NCBI GenBank assembly: GCA_038087875.1
Contig: JAXLNO010000110.1
Coordinates: 558,001-622,000, forward strand
From: Malacoraja senta
Taxonomy: Eukaryota
Direction of reading: 5' to 3'
Length of the DNA: 64,000 nucleotides
In this document: positions 1-14,148 of the stretch, piece after piece
Numbering within the stretch: the first letter of the stretch is position 1
How the letters are laid out: each line of letters begins with the position of its first letter
Program-made: the position numbers and the translations under genes
The notes under the pieces: generated by a model
Database searches by the model: none
Told to the model about the DNA's origin: nothing
What the model saw: only the letters and a program-made list of their open reading frames with translations

Positions 1-950
1 AGTGGTGGAAGGATTTGGTGGAAACAGGGCCGCGACGTGAACGCTCTTTCCTTGACCCCTGGGGAGACCTGATGGAACGTTTAAGAAACATTTGGACAGG
101 TCCATGGATAAGAAAGGTTTCGAGGGATAGTCTAGATGGGGCAGGTTGGTCGGCATGGACAAGTTGGGCTGAAGGGCCAGTTTACACACTGTATAACTTT
201 ATAAAAGAGGAAGCAAAAGATGGATTATCATTTAAACAGAGAGTGACTGCAAATGAGTGAATGGCAGAGGGAATCTAGAGCGAAAATAAAGTACTGGTGT
301 AAACCAGCATCTGCAGTTCCTTCTTACATAAACTGAAAACTCTCAGACATTCTCAGCATCAACACATTCAGAAGTGTCAGTAGTGTTTGTGCTTATATTT
401 AAACAAAACTCCACTTGCCACTCATGTGGCTCCATGGGTTGTTATCCCTTCCCTTGCTAATTGTGAATGAGGATCCATAGGAGGTTTACTAGAATGATCT
501 CAGGAATTATTGGGTTAACATACGTGGACATTTGACGGCATTGGGCCTGTACTCACAAGATGGCCACCGTGCCATCATATGATTAGAGAAGCAAAATCCA
601 TATATCTCATATCGAGGTGTATAAAATCATGAGAGGTGTAGATCGGGTAGACGCACAGTCTCTTTCCCAGAGTAGGGGAATCAATAACCAGATTAGGTTT
701 AAGGTGAACTGGGAAAGATTTTAAAGGAATCTGAGGGGTAACTTTTTCACACGTAGGATGGTGGGTGTATGGAACGAGCTGCTGGAAGAGGTAGTTGAGG
801 CAGGGACTATTGCGACGTTAGACAGGTACACGGATTGGAGGGGATTGGAGGGATATGGGCCAAACACAGGCAAGTGGGACTAGTGTAGAGGGATATGGGC
901 CAAGTGTAGAGGGATATGGGCCAAACACAGGCAAGTGGGATTAGTGTAGA

Positions 951-1268
951 TTTAGTTTAGTTTAGAGATACAGCTCAGAAACAGACCCTTCGGCCCACCG
1001 GGTCCGCGCCGACCAGCGATCCCCGCACATTAACACTACCCTACACACACTAGGGACAATTTTACACTGATACCAAGCCAATTAACCTACAAACCTGTAC
1101 GTCTTTGGAGTGTCGGAGGAAACCAAAGATCTCTGAGAAAACCCACGCAGGTCACGGGGAGAAAGTACAAACTCCATACAGACAGCACCTAGAGTTGATA
1201 TCAAACCCGGGTCTGAGGCCCTGCAAGCACTGTAAGGCAGCAACTCTACCACTGCGCGACTGTGCCGC
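951..1268 (-). mobile_element. HE1-like V-SINE (tRNA-derived head, V domain, LINE-derived tail)
   Basis: Reverse complement shows an A/B-box head, the V core GGAGTTTGTAC.TTCTCCCCGTGACCTGCGTGGGTT and a (CTAAA)n tail. Confidence 0.85.
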
Positions 1269-1282
1269 CCTTTGGATTTGCA

Positions 1283-1680
1283 CTGGAGTTCAGAAGGATG
1301 ATGGGGGATCTCATTGAAACTTACCAAATAGTGAAAGGCTTGGATAGAGTGGATGTGGAGAGAATGTTTCCACTAGTGGGAGAGTCTAGAACCAGAGGCC
1401 ACAGCCTCAGAATTAAAGGACGCACCTTCAGAATGGAGATGAGGAGGAATTTCTTTAGCCAGAGGGTGGTGAATCTGTGGGGTTCATTGCCACAGACGGC
1501 TGTGGCGACCAAGTCACATCGTCACATCATGTTTTGAGATTGCTGAGATTGACTAGTACGGGTTTCAGGAGTTATGGGGAGAAGGCAGGAGAATAAGGTT
1601 AGGAGGGAGAGATAGATCAGCCACAATTGAATGGCGGAGGAGACTTGATGGGCCGAATTCTGCTCCTATTACTTATGACC
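1283..1680 (+). mobile_element. CR1-clade LINE 3' fragment
   Basis: Encodes LEFRRMMGDLIETYQIVKGLDRVD...RTRGHSLRIKG...FFSQRVVNLW, the CR1 ORF2 C-terminus, followed by the 3' UTR. Confidence 0.85.
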
Positions 1681-1988
1681 TTATGCCCTTGTTTGAGGGC
1701 TATCTTCCAACTAAACTACATGTGTAAGAAGGAGGAATTGGTAGGACTGGTAGGTCTGATGAAGGGTCTCGACTTAGATTTAGCTCTTAGGGCTAAAGGA
1801 ATCAAGTGATATGGGGACAAAGCAGGAATGGGTTACTGATTTTGGATGATCAGCCATGATCATATATGAATGGCCGTGCTGGCTCGAAGGGCCTACTCCT
1901 GCACCTATTTTTTTCTATGTTTCTATGACAGAAACACACCTATTCCTTTTTGTGCCGTTCACTCTCAGCAGGAGCAGACCCGGGGATC

Positions 1989-2718
1989 ATGGCCTCCGAC
2001 CTGGAGCCTGCACCATGCGCCAGCCCCGAAGGCAAGGTGATGATGGCGATGAAGAAGAAGAAAAAGAGAAAGAAGCGGCCGAGCGCCAGCCAGGGCGACG
2101 AGGAGCGCCAGGAGACCCAGGCCGAGATTGAGGGCCTCACCAAGGCCGGCAGCCTGGCTCTGGCCCAGGAGCATCCCGAAGAGGCGCTGGTCTCCTTCAA
2201 GAAGGCCTTCCTGATGTCGCTGGACGTCGGGGAGCAGAGCGTGCAGAGAGCCTGCGCCTTCAACCTGGGGGCGGCCTACGTGGCCTCGGGCAGGCCCGCC
2301 AAAGGCCTGGACTTCCTGCTGAGGTCCCAGCCAGCCGAGGGTGACGAGAGGCAGGGCGACCTGTACTTCAACCTGGGCATCGCTCAGGAAGGCCTGGGGG
2401 ACCTGGAGAGCGCCGCCGAGCATTACGAGCAAGCCCTGGCCCACTACCGGGCCCGGCAGCCTCAGGGCGAGGCCGACACCTGCATGAAGCTGGCCAGCTG
2501 CCGGGCCCGGGCCGGCCACGAGGCCCAGGCCGCCCGCTGCTTTCTCAGGGCCGGCCGCCTCTACCGCCAAGGCGGCGCACCCGACATGGCTGCCGTCGCC
2601 CTGAACGAGGCGGCCGGACACATGCTCCAGTGCCGCCACTTCACCGCCACCCAGATCACCGAGGTGCTGAACGAGTGCCGCACCGTCTGTGGCAACATCC
2701 AGAACAAAGCCCTGCTCG
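1989..2718 (+). CDS. TTC24: TTC24-like TPR protein, first coding exon (MASDLEP...KKKKKRKKR...TPR repeats...NKALL)
   Basis: GC-rich ORF with TPR motifs (CAFNLGAAYV, GDLYFNLGIAQEGLGDLESAAEHYEQAL). Polypyrimidine acceptor ctctCAG at 1966-1968 upstream of ATG 1989. Donor G|GTGAGC at 2719, phase 1. Resembles TTC24 as recalled, not searched. Confidence 0.85.
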
Positions 2719-2739
2719 GTGAGCCATCCACCACTCCCT

Positions 2740-3182
<443 letters not shown>

Positions 3183-3185
3183 TTA

Positions 3186-3769
3186 AGCCCCTCTCCCACT
3201 TTCACGACCTAATTGGCGACCTCTGCTGAGTTTGCCCTTGACTCATACTCGCAGCATGGTCACCACGAGGTCGTAGGAGGTCTTCGTAACTCTTCCTCAT
3301 GCTTGTGAGTGGTCTCCGCGTACTCGTGGCCTCAAGTAGGTCCAGCCTGATAAAAAATGTCCAAGACTAAAAAAAAGGTCGGCATGGAAAAAATTGAAAC
3401 TTTTTACTTGTAGGTAGGTCGTAGGTGGGTCGTAGTAGGTCGTGATGGTAGTCGTTGATAGTCGTAGGTCGGTAACTGGCCCGAGAAACAAAATGCAAAC
3501 ATGACATCATTTTATCATGTGATAATTTCAACTCGGAGCTAGTCGTAGTTGGTCTTAGGTTTGGAAGACTGAGGTCGAGGGGGATCGAAGGAGGTCGTAG
3601 ACATAGTCATAGGAGGTCGTAGACATTGTCGTAGGAGGTCGTAGACATAGTCGTAGGAGGTCACAGGAGGTCTTTTACTTCGGCGAGTCAACACGACCTT
3701 GACATTTTTTTCAACTCGTCTAGGGTTTTCTAAACTCGTAGGTTAGGTCGTCCAAGTGGGACAGGCCCT
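3186..3769. mobile_element. PIF/Harbinger-like MITE
   Basis: Imperfect terminal inverted repeats (TIRs) agcccctctcccactt / aagtgggacaggccct, TTA on both sides, internal GTCGTAGG repeats. Confidence 0.7.
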
Positions 3770-3770
3770 T

Positions 3771-3930
3771 TAGGGTGGCCAACTTCCTCACTCCCAAATA
3801 AGGAACAAAAGGTCAAAATACGGGACAAATTCCCAACGGCAATTGGTTGAGCGACTGGGCCGTGGCTGGGTGAATGATGAGTTGGCCCGGGTGCTGGACT
3901 GCACACATAGCCCAGCCGGCGGGGCCAGCT
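3771..3930 (+). mobile_element. hAT (Blackjack-like) MITE, left-end fragment
   Basis: Starts TAGGGTGGCCAACT and matches the left end of the full copy at 40017-40520. Confidence 0.7.
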
Positions 3931-5665
3931 CCCCTAACCCCGTCTTTCTAGCAACAGCTCCATTAGTAGAGGAAAGGTAAATTTACCACTCAATAATCAA
4001 AACAAATTAATATTATGGTTAGAAAATACATGCAAGCTGTGAAAAACAAGGACTGCTCCGTATTGCTTTTCCAAAAAAAAAACAACCTTCGAAAGACATT
4101 TTGAAAAAGGAAAATCTTACAAAATAAAATCTAAAACAGTCGCAATGCTATTCAAAAAATCAGTTACCGAAATAAATTCTTACTTATTCTAAAAAAAACA
4201 AAAGCGGGTCATTAAAAATAGAAAACAATATCTTAAAAATCTTAAAAGTTAAAGTATAATACCATCATATTAATATTTTAAAAAAACCAATCTTAGAAAA
4301 CTTAAAAGTTAAGGTATGATACCATCATGTTAATGTTCCAAAAAATAATAAAAAAATAACTCATCAGGTTAAATTCTTAATCATTTACAAAATCAAACAA
4401 TTTTAAAATAAGGGATAACTATCATTGTAAGGGAAAGAAGAAACGAAAATATTAAATCGTAATAAGCATCCAAGAATGAAAAAGGATGATGTTGTCAAAT
4501 TAGAAATAAGAGATCTCGGATTATAACTCAACCGGCTCTCAGCAGCTCCTCGTCGCAGCTCGGGGAGGGATACAGTGAACACTGTCCACCCCCAGTCACA
4601 GCGGTGCCGGGAACAATGTATAAACTAATCAATAAACTATAAGTTCAGGAGGTCAGGAAGTTCAGAGAAAACAATATATAGTTCATGCAGGATCTTGATA
4701 ATCCTCCAGAAAGCAGGAAGCATCTTGCGGGTTGTTGAAGAACTGAATGGTACCATCAGGGAGTTGTATTCGCAATCTGGCTGGATAGATCAGGGCAGGG
4801 CGTAGATGCATCTTAAATAACTCAGACATTTCCTTATAGAAAGGCTGTCTTAGTCTCATAAGTTCGCGGCTGTAGTCAGGTAAAAGACGAAACTTGCAGT
4901 CTTGGAATTCGATCATGCCCAATCTTCCTGCTGATCGGAGGGTATTTTCCTTCATCTGCAAAAAAGTGAAACCGAGCAATCAAATGTCTCGGTTTGTCTC
5001 CGGAACCAGGGTTTTTTCCCAAGCCGGTGTGCATTATCCAAAATCGGCAGATCTCCAAACTGCTCGGCGCCGAAAATCTCCTTTAGAATTCTAGAAACAT
5101 ATTTAATAGCATTGTCACCTTCCCGACCTTCAGGCAAACCAACAATTCGCAGATTCTGCCGAAGGCTTCTATTTTCCAGGTCCATATTTTTAATCTTGTA
5201 CTGTTCGAGTGCTTGGGAATTCTCGGTCATTTTCCGTTCCAATGCAGCAATCTTCGCATCTCTTTCCTGACCCACGGTTAGCAAATTAGCAATTTGTTCC
5301 TTCTGTTCACGACACTTGGCTTGTAACACACTCAGCTTGTTTTCAACTTCTTTCAGCTTGTTTCCAACTTCTTTCATCATTGCTTCCAAGCCGCAGAATC
5401 TTTTATCCAGTTTATCACTCAGTTTCGCTATTGCTTCTAAAGTACTGGGAACAGACGCCATGCCTTCACCACGATCCTTTCTTGGAGAACCTTTTTTACC
5501 TCTTATCTCCATCCTTTCTAAGGTTGAAATGTATAAAAGTGTTATCAACACTTTTTAAAAAAGTAATTCCGTGTCTTGAAATCAAGTAATATTGAAAGAG
5601 TGGTAAAAAAGGGTTAAAAGTTAAGGGAGCAAGCAATATGCAACCTTACTACATGCTGCCACTAG
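3931..5665 (-). mobile_element. L1-clade LINE 5' part: short 5' UTR, ORF1p (5512 to 4683) and a U-rich spacer; no ORF2
   Basis: Coiled coil, then DLENRSLRQNLRIVGLPEG (L1 ORF1 RRM), AHRLG..KPRHLIARF and PDYSRE..LIYPARLRI (CTD). Two +1 frameshifts in homopolymer runs. Confidence 0.85.
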
Positions 5666-6446
5666 AGAGAGACTGTGTTTTCTATGTGTGTCTGCCTGTC
5701 TGTGTGGATGTGTCTGTCTATCACAGAGTGATACAGCATGGAAACAGGCCCTTCGGCCCAACTTGCCCACACCGACCAACAAGCCCCATCTACACTCGTC
5801 CCACCTGCCAGGGTTTGGCCCACATCACTCTAAATCTTTTCTATTCATGTATGTATGAATGAATGAATGAATGAATACGTTTATTGGCCAAGTATGTACA
5901 CATACAAGGGATTTGCCTTGGTGCTCCGCCCGTGAGTAACAACACGACATACAGTAACAATTAAGAATGACACATAAAACATTAAACATTAATAATAAAA
6001 CATTATACCTGCCCAAATGTATTTCAAATGTTGTGATAGTACCTGCAGCAACTACCTCCTTTGGCAGCTCGTTCCATATACTTACGCCCTTTGTGTAAAA
6101 GAAGTTGCTGCACGAGTGTGTGCGCGTGTGTGCGCGTATGTGTGTGTGTGTGTGTGTGCATACGTGGTGTTTGTGTGCTTGTGTGTGTCTGTCATAGCCA
6201 TACAGCATGGAGACGGGCATGCGCCCATGTGTGTGCGCCTGTGCATACTGGGAGAAAGGATGATTTTGGTCCGTGGTTCTATGGTTCCTGTCATCATCCC
6301 GGCACCTCACAGTCAGAAGTTAGCTTGTGCTGCGGGTACTGTGTGACATTCCAGCAGGATTGAGTGTTATAGAGCTATACGGCACAGAATCTCTCCCTCC
6401 TAACCCAATTCTCCTGCCTTCTCCCCATAACCTCTGACACCTGTAC

Positions 6447-6740
6447 CACAGTGGCACAGCGGTAGATTCGCTGCCTTACAGCGAATGCAGCGCCAGAGAC
6501 CCGGGTTCCATCCCGACTAGTTTGTACGTTCTCCCCATGACCTGCGTGGGTTTTCTCCGAGATCTTCGGTTCCTCCCACACTCCAAAGACGTACAGATTT
6601 GTAGGTTAATTGGCTTGGTAAATGTAAAAATTGGCCCTAGTGGGTGTTGGATAGTGTTAATGTGCGGGGATCGCTAGTCGGCACGGACCCGGTCGGCCGA
6701 AGAGCCTGGTTCCGCCCCTTATCTCTAAAACTAAAAACTA
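6447..6740 (+). mobile_element. HE1-like V-SINE
   Basis: GTGGCACAGCGGTAGA head, GGGTTCCATCCC B box, V domain, CTAAAA tail. Confidence 0.85.
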
Positions 6741-7255
6741 ATCAAGAATCTATCTATGCCTTAAAAATATCCACTGACTTGGCCTCCACAGTGTTCTGTG
6801 GCAAAGAATTCCACAGATTCACCACCATCTGACTAAAGGAATTTTTCCTCATCTCCTTCCTGAAAGAACGTTCTTTAATTCTGAGACTATGACCTCCCAC
6901 TAGTGGAAACATCCTCTCCACATCCACTCTATCCATGCCTTTCACTGTTCTGTACGTTTCAATGAGGTCCCTCCCTCATTCTTCTAAACTCCAGCGAGTG
7001 CAGGCCCAGTGCCGACAAACGCTCATCATAGGTTAACCTACTCATTCCTGGGATCATTTTTGTAAACCTCCTCTGGACCCTCTCCAGGGCCTTCCTCGGG
7101 TATGGTACCCAAAATTGCACACAATATTCCAAATGCGTCCAGACCAGCGCCTTATCTTTCCTATAACAGGGTACACCAAAACCAAACACAATACTCTAAA
7201 CGCAGCCTCACCAACATCTAATATAACTGCAACATGACCTCCCAACTTCTCCAGT
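6741..7255 (-). mobile_element. CR1 LINE fragments
   Basis: HLEYCVQFW, LERVQRRFTKMIPGM and VVNLWNSLP motifs on the minus strand. Confidence 0.85.
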
Positions 7256-7904
7256 CAAATACTGTGAAGGGTTTGGAGACCAGTTGTACGGGTGTTGAGT
7301 GTGGTCACATCTGCACACCGTTTTGGAACCCTTGAGGCAGTTCAGTGGAGATTCATCGGACTAGGATGGGGTGGTTGTCCGACCTAAAGAGGCTGGAGAT
7401 GTTGGGGTCTGTATTCCTTGGAGTTTGGAAGAAAGAGGGAGGACAATATTGAGATGTGTAAGGATTATGACGGGGTAGATGATGAGGTGTTTTCACTAGT
7501 GGGAGATCAAAGGACCATGGTCAATAGTCAATCATGTTTTATTTGTCACATCAGTAACTGCACGGTGAAATTCTTTTTGCCAATATTACACATGCGGGCG
7601 CCGACATTATTCTTAAGTAATAAGAGCAGAATTAGGCCATTTTGCCCATCGAGTCTACTCCGCCATTCAATCTCTCCCTCCTAACCCCATTCTCCTGCCT
7701 TCTCCCCATGATCCCTGACACCCATACTAATCAAGAATCTATCTAACTGCTTTAAAAATATTATTGGGGCATTTATTCAAAGTCCTAAGTCCAGTGGCCC
7801 ACGGGCTCAGAGTACTGGAACAGTTCCTCTCCTCTCCTAGATCTATATGTCCCGGGGGTGCTCCTGCAGCCTACCTGAAGGCGCTTCATAGTTAGAAGCT
7901 TAAT

Positions 7905-8500
7905 CTTGCAATGCTAGCATTTAATTAAGGAGGACTAGAATATAAAATAGGGATGTAATGCTGAGGCTCTATAAGGCGCTGGTCAAACCACATTTGGAGT
8001 ATTGTGAGCAGTTTTGAGCCCCATATCCGAGGAAGGATGTGCTGGTTCCAGAGGAGGTTTTACAAGGATGATCCCAGGAATGATTGGGTTAACATATGAT
8101 GATTGTTTGCCGGCACTGGGCCTGTACTCGCTGGAGTTTAGAAGGATGAGGGGGGATCTGATTGAAACTTACCAAATAGCGAAAGGCCTGGATAGAGTGG
8201 ATGTGGAGAGGATGTTTCTGCCAATGGGAGAGTCTAGGACCAGGAGGTCACAGCCTCAGGATAAAAGGACGTTCCTATAGAAAGAAAATGAGGGGGGATT
8301 TCTTCAATCACAGGGTGGTGAATCTGTGGAATTCATTGCCACAGACAGGCCGTAAATGGACATTTTTAAGGCGGAGATTGACAGATTCTTGATTAGTACG
8401 GGCGTCGGGGTTACAGGAGAATGGGGTTGAGAGGGAACGATGGATCAGCCATGATTGAATGGTGGAGTGGACTTGATGGGCCGAATGGCCTAACTCTGCT
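7905..8500 (+). mobile_element. CR1 LINE 3' fragment
   Basis: RMIPGMIGLTYD..LGLYSLEFRRMRGDLIETY..., then the 3' UTR. Confidence 0.85.
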
Positions 8501-9707
8501 CCTTATGAAGGTGGTGAATCGCTGGAATTCTTCGCCCGGCAGAATTGTGGAGGCTGGATCATTAGGGGTATTCAAAGAGGGGGTGGAAGATCGGGCAATT
8601 GAAGGCATGGTAAACTGGCACTGAGGAGGAATTGTCTGGTGCAGATCAGCCATGATCATAGTGAATAGTAGGACAGGCTAGAGAGGCCATCCATATAAGT
8701 TTACAATCATACCATACATGCTAACATCAGCAAGAAAAAACAGAGTGCAGAATATAGTGTCCCAGCTACAGTGAAAGTGCAGACTAAATAAAAGTGCAAT
8801 AGCTGCAACAAGGTAGATTGGGGGATTAGGAATACAACCTTAGTTTATGAGAGGTTTAGTCAAGAGTCTGTTAATGGCAGAGTGGCGCAGCAGGTGGAGC
8901 CACTGCCACACGCCGCCAGAGGCCCAGGTTCGACCCGACTACGGGTGCTGTCTGTACGGAGTTTGTACGTTCTCTCTGTGACCGCGTGGGTTTCATCCGG
9001 GTGCTCCGGTTTCCTCCCACACTCCAATGACGGGTAGGATTGTACGTTAATTGGCTTCTATAAAATTGTCGCTCGTGTGTAGGATAGTGTTAGTGTATGG
9101 GGTGATCGGGGGTCAGCATGGACTCAGCGGGCCGAAAGGTCTGTTTCCCTAAACCATACTAAACAGCAGGGGAAAAAGCTGCTCCTGAATCTTTCAAACG
9201 TTTGTACCTTTGCCCGATAGGAGAGGGAAGAAGAGAGAATGGACCAATACTACATACATTTATTCCAGATTGTTCCGTTATTGTGCAGCAGTGTAATGTT
9301 TTCAGTGAATCATAAGTGATAGTAGTAGAATTAGGCCATTCAGCCCATCAGGTCTACGCCTGTTAGTCTGTGTGCAAGATTGCGGTCGGAGGGGAGAGTG
9401 GACGCTGGCGCGAATTGGTCGCCGCTGCTCTCTCCTCAAATTGTGTTTCTTATTTTCTTTTGTGCTTTTGAAATTGAATTCTGTCCTTGATTTGTGTACT
9501 GTGGTGTTTTTATATTTAATTTATTCCGATTTTGTGTTTTGTATTTTTGTGATTCTATGCCTTGTAAGGTGTCCTTGGGTTTTAGAAAGGCGGCAGTAAA
9601 TAAAATGAATTATTATTATTATTATTACGCCGCCATTAATCATGGCCGATCTATCTTTCCCTCTCAACCCTATTCTCCTGACTTCTAGAGAGAAAGAGAT
9701 AGAACAA

Positions 9708-11112
9708 ATAAGTAAGTAAGTAAGTAGGTTTATTGGCCAAGTATTCACATACAAGGAATTTGCCTTGGTGCTCCGCCCACAAGTAACAACATGACATACA
9801 GTGACAGTTACGAATGACTCAAAAAACACTGAACATTAATAATAATAAAACATTAATGATAAAACACCATTGATCAAGCATGTGAACCAACAAAATACCA
9901 GATCAAAGGGAGGCTGCATATTTTTGGCTGTTGAGCAGAGCAACTACTCGTGGATAAAAACTGTTTTTATGTCTGGCTGTGGCAGCTTTGACAGTCCAGA
10001 GTCGCCTTCCAGAGGGAAGTGATTCAAAAAGTTTGTGGCCAGGGTGAGAGGGGTCAGAGATGATCTTGCCGCTCGCTTCCTGGCCCTTGCAGTGTACAGT
10101 TCATCAATGGAGGGAATGTTGCAGCCAATAACCTTCTCTGCTGATCGGACGATTCGCTGTAGCCTCCAGGTGTCGTGCTTGGTGGCTGAGCCAAACCAGA
10201 CCATGATGGAGAAGGTGAGAACAGATTCTATGATGGCCGTGTAGAATTGGACCATCATTGCCTGTGGCAGATTGTGCTTGCTCAGCTGCCATAGGAAGTA
10301 CATCCTTTGTTGTACCTTTTTGACTGTGGAGTCGATGGTAGCCCCCCACTTAAGGTCCTTGGAGATGATGGTTCCCAGGAACTTAAAAGACTCCACAGAT
10401 GTGACTGTGGTGTTGATGATGAGTGGGGTGAGGGGAAGGGGAGCTCTCCTAAAGTCTACAATCAATTCCACTGTCTTAAAAGAGCATTGAGCTCTAGGTT
10501 GTTGCTACGGCACCAGGACGCCAGCTGTAACTCTTCCTGTCTGTGGGCAGATTCCTCCCCATCCTGGATCAGTCCATTCAGGGTTGTGTCGTCCGCAAAC
10601 TTGAGAAGCTTGACAGAGGTGTCTGTGGAGGTGCAGTCGTTGGTGTAGAGAGAGTAGAGGAGAGGAGAGAGTACGCAGCCTTGCGGTGCTCCTATGCTGA
10701 GCGTTTGCGGGTCTGAGATGTGCTTTCCCAGCCCCACATGCTGCTTCCTGTATGTCAGGAAGTTGGTGATCCACTGACAGAGGGGTTCAGGCACAGTCAA
10801 CTCGGAAAGTTTGGAGTGTAGTAGCTCTGGCACAATGGTGTTGAATGCAGAGCGAAAATCAACAAACAGGATCCTCGCATAGGTCCCCTGGTGGTCTAGG
10901 TGCTGTAGGATGAAGTGCAGGCCCAGGTTGACTGCATCATCCACTGATCTATTGGCCCGATATGCAAACTACAGAGGGTCCAGCAGGGGGATCGTGATAT
11001 TTTTCAGCTTGGCCAGCACAAGCCTTTCGAGTGTCTTCATGACTACAGAGGTCAGTGCGACAGGCCTGTAGTCATTAAGACAAGTAATCCTTGCCTTTTT
11101 GGGAACAGGGAC
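9708..11112 (-). mobile_element. Rex1/Babar-clade LINE, 5'-truncated, degenerate RT
   Basis: [53 protein letters not shown] and KFADD motifs; one stop and frameshifts; (CTTA)n 3' tail at 9708-9726. Confidence 0.88.
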
Positions 11113-11666
11113 AATAAATGAAAGATATGTAAAAATGAAACAATGATCAGGGACATGGTCCATTGTTAGCTGTGGGTTAGATGATAACACGGTATACAGA
11201 CAGTGAAAATCAACAGGACGACAGTGAAACTAGTACGACCACTAGGGTGGGGGAATCGTTGGTCGGCGTGGACTCGGTGGGCAGAAGGGTCTGTTTCTAT
11301 AGGTTCAAGGTTCAAGGTTCACATTTATTTGTCACATGCAGCCATACAATTAAGAAGAACACAACACACAATAGAATTTAACATAAACATCCACCACAGC
11401 ATGCTTCACTGTGATGGAAGGCAATAAAGTTCAGTCAGTCTTCCCCCTTTGTTCATAATGTATCTCTAAACTAAATTTTGATTGGTATGGGTGTCAGGGG
11501 TTATGGGGAGAAGGCAGGAGAATGGGGTTGAGAGGGAAAGATGGATCAACTGTGATTGAATGGCGGAGTAGACTTGATGGGCCGAATGGCCTACTCCTGC
11601 ACCTATTGTCTATTATAAACTAAGCTTAAGAGCCTGTTTTCACGTTGCTGCTCTTGCTGCTTCAAG

Positions 11667-11882
11667 GGAAACTCTACAACGACATAGGGCTGAGCTACTC
11701 GCAGCTGAAGATCTTCTCCCTGGCAGCCGAGTGCTTCGAGCAGGCCCTCGCCTACTGCCGGCGAGATTGCACCGAGCGGCGGAAGGAGGCCGTCATCCTG
11801 CAGAACCTCGGCGCCGTCTACAACACAACCGGGGACTTCAGCAGGGCCCTGAACTTCCACCAGAGGGCCGCTGCCCTGCACG
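11667..11882 (+). CDS. TTC24: TTC24-like coding exon 2 ([28 protein letters not shown]...[11 protein letters not shown]...HQRAAALH)
   Basis: Acceptor ttcaAG|, donor |GTGAGG, 216 nt, phase 1-1, in frame with exon 1, encodes TPR helices. Confidence 0.9.
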
Positions 11883-14019
11883 GTGAGGAGCCTGGGCCCC
11901 GGGCAGCTGAACAGGGAGCTCGGTCCATGAAGCCCAGCCCCACCAGGCTGGCGGGTGTTGGGTTGGTGAGGGGGGGGTGGTTCAAGAGTCAAGAGGTCAT
12001 TTCGCACTTTTATAGGGTTTTAGGTAGGCTGCAGATAGAAACAAAAAGCTGGAGTAACTCAGCGGGGACAGGCGGCAACTCTGGAGAGAAGGAAGGAATG
12101 GGTGACGTTTCAGGTCAAGGCCCTTCTTCAGACTAGTTCGTCTGCATTGTAGTTCAGTTAGTTAGGCTGCATTTGGAGTATTGCGTGCAGTTCTGGTCGC
12201 CCCCATTACAGGGAGGATGTGGTGGCTTTGGAGAGGGTTGAGAGGAGATTTAGAAACATAGAAAATAGGTGCAGGAATAGGCCATTCGGCCCTTTGAGCC
12301 AGTACCGCCATTCAATATGATCATGGCTGATTATGCAAAATCAGTACCCCATTCTGGCTTTTTCACCATTTCCCTTGATTCCCTCAGCCCAAAGAGCTAA
12401 ATCTAACTCTCTCTTGAAAACATCCAATGAACAGACAATAGACAATAGGTGCAGGAGTAGGCCATTCGGACCTTCGAGCCAGCACCGCCATTCACTGTGA
12501 TCATGGCCGATCATCCACAATCAGCACCCCGTTCCTGCCTTCTCCCCATATCCCTTGACTATGCTCTATCTATCTCTCTCTTGAATGCATCCAGAGAATT
12601 GGCCTCCACTGCCTTCCGAGGCAGAGAATTCCACAGATTCACAACTCTCTGGGTGAAATACTTTTTCCTCATGGCCAACCCCGTTCTAAATGGCCGACCC
12701 CTTATTCTTAAACTGGCCTCCACTGCCTGGATTAGGAGATGTAAGCCATAAGCAGAGGCTGGACAGACGGGTTGTATTCTCTGGAGTATCAGAGGTTGAG
12801 GGGAGACCCGATAGAAGTATATATGAGAGGCGTAGATAGGGTAGACAGTCAGATCCTTTGTCCCAGGTTTCAAATGTCACAGACTAGAGGGCACAGCTGC
12901 ACAGCTTTAAGGTGAGATGGGCAAAGTTTGAAGGAGATGTGCGGGGCAAGTATTTTTACTTAGGGGGTGGGGTGGTGGTGGAGGCAGATACGATAGGGGC
13001 GTTTTAGAGGCTTTCATCTTTCATGCCACATGGATATGGAGGGGTATGGATCACATGCGGACAGAGGACATTGGTTTAACTTGGCATTGTTGTTCAGCAC
13101 GGATATTGTGGGCCAAAGGGCCTTTGCCTGTGCTGTTCCAGGCCGTGTGTCGAACTTACTGAAGTATGTATATGACAGGCATAAATAAGATAGATACAGT
13201 CTTGTTCCCAGCGTGGAAATGTCAACGATTAAAGGGCATGTGTTTAGGGTGAGAGGGGAAAGTGCAGGGCACCATGTTTTACACGGGGTGGGGTTGGATA
13301 CTTAAAACATCTGAATCAGACTGCCAATTTGGGCAGCACGGTGGCGCAGTGGTAGAGCCGCTGCCTCACAGCGCCAGAGACCCGGGTTCAATCCTGACTA
13401 CGGCTACTGTCTATGTGGAGTTTGTACGTTCTCCCTGTGACCGCGTGGGTTTTCTCCGTGTGCACCAGTCACCTCCCACACTCCAAAGACGTACAGGTTT
13501 GTGGGTTAATTGGCTTTGGTAAAAATTGTAAATTGACCCCAGTTGGGGACTCCCCCAACATCGGGAACATTTCTCCTGCATCTAGCCTGTCCAATCCCAT
13601 GAGAATTTTTTGTGTTAGTGTTTTTAGTGTTAGTGCACGGGGTGATCGCTGTTTAGCGAGGACTCGGTGGGCCGAAGAGCCTGTATCCCTAAATTAAGCT
13701 AAACTGATAAGTTCATGAGCTCATAAGTGATAGGAGCAGAATTAGGCCATTCGGCCCATCGAGTCTACTCTGCATTCCATCATGGCTGATCTATCTCTCC
13801 CTCCAAACCCCATTCTCCTGCCTTCTCCCCACAACCCCCCGACACCCGTACCAATCAAGAACCTGTACGTCCATGAGGTGTGGGAGACAGTCGGAGATCC
13901 CGGAGAAAACCCACGCAGGTGAAGGGGAGAAAGGCGGGGACTCGGTGGGCCGAAGGGGCCTGTTTCCGCGCTGTATCTCATGTCTCTACTGTAACGGGAT
14001 GTCCCTCGTCTCTCCACAG

Positions 14020-14148
14020 GTTCCCTTGGAAACAGGAATGCCCAGGGCCAGTGTTTCTGCAACCTGGCCTATGCTTGCAGTCAGCTGGGTGACCACGAGG
14101 AGGCGGCAGAGGGCTACCTGCATGCGCTGCAGGCTTTCAAAGACACCG
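14020..14148 (+). CDS. TTC24: TTC24-like coding exon 3 ([43 protein letters not shown])
   Basis: Acceptor tctccacAG|, donor |GTGAGG, 129 nt, phase 1-1, one TPR motif. Not in the ORF track in this frame; translated by hand. Confidence 0.9.

Noticed and set aside
1966..1977. Tandem NAGNAG acceptors (CAGCAGGAGCAG)
   Set aside because: They lie upstream of the likely ATG, so they probably have no effect on the protein.
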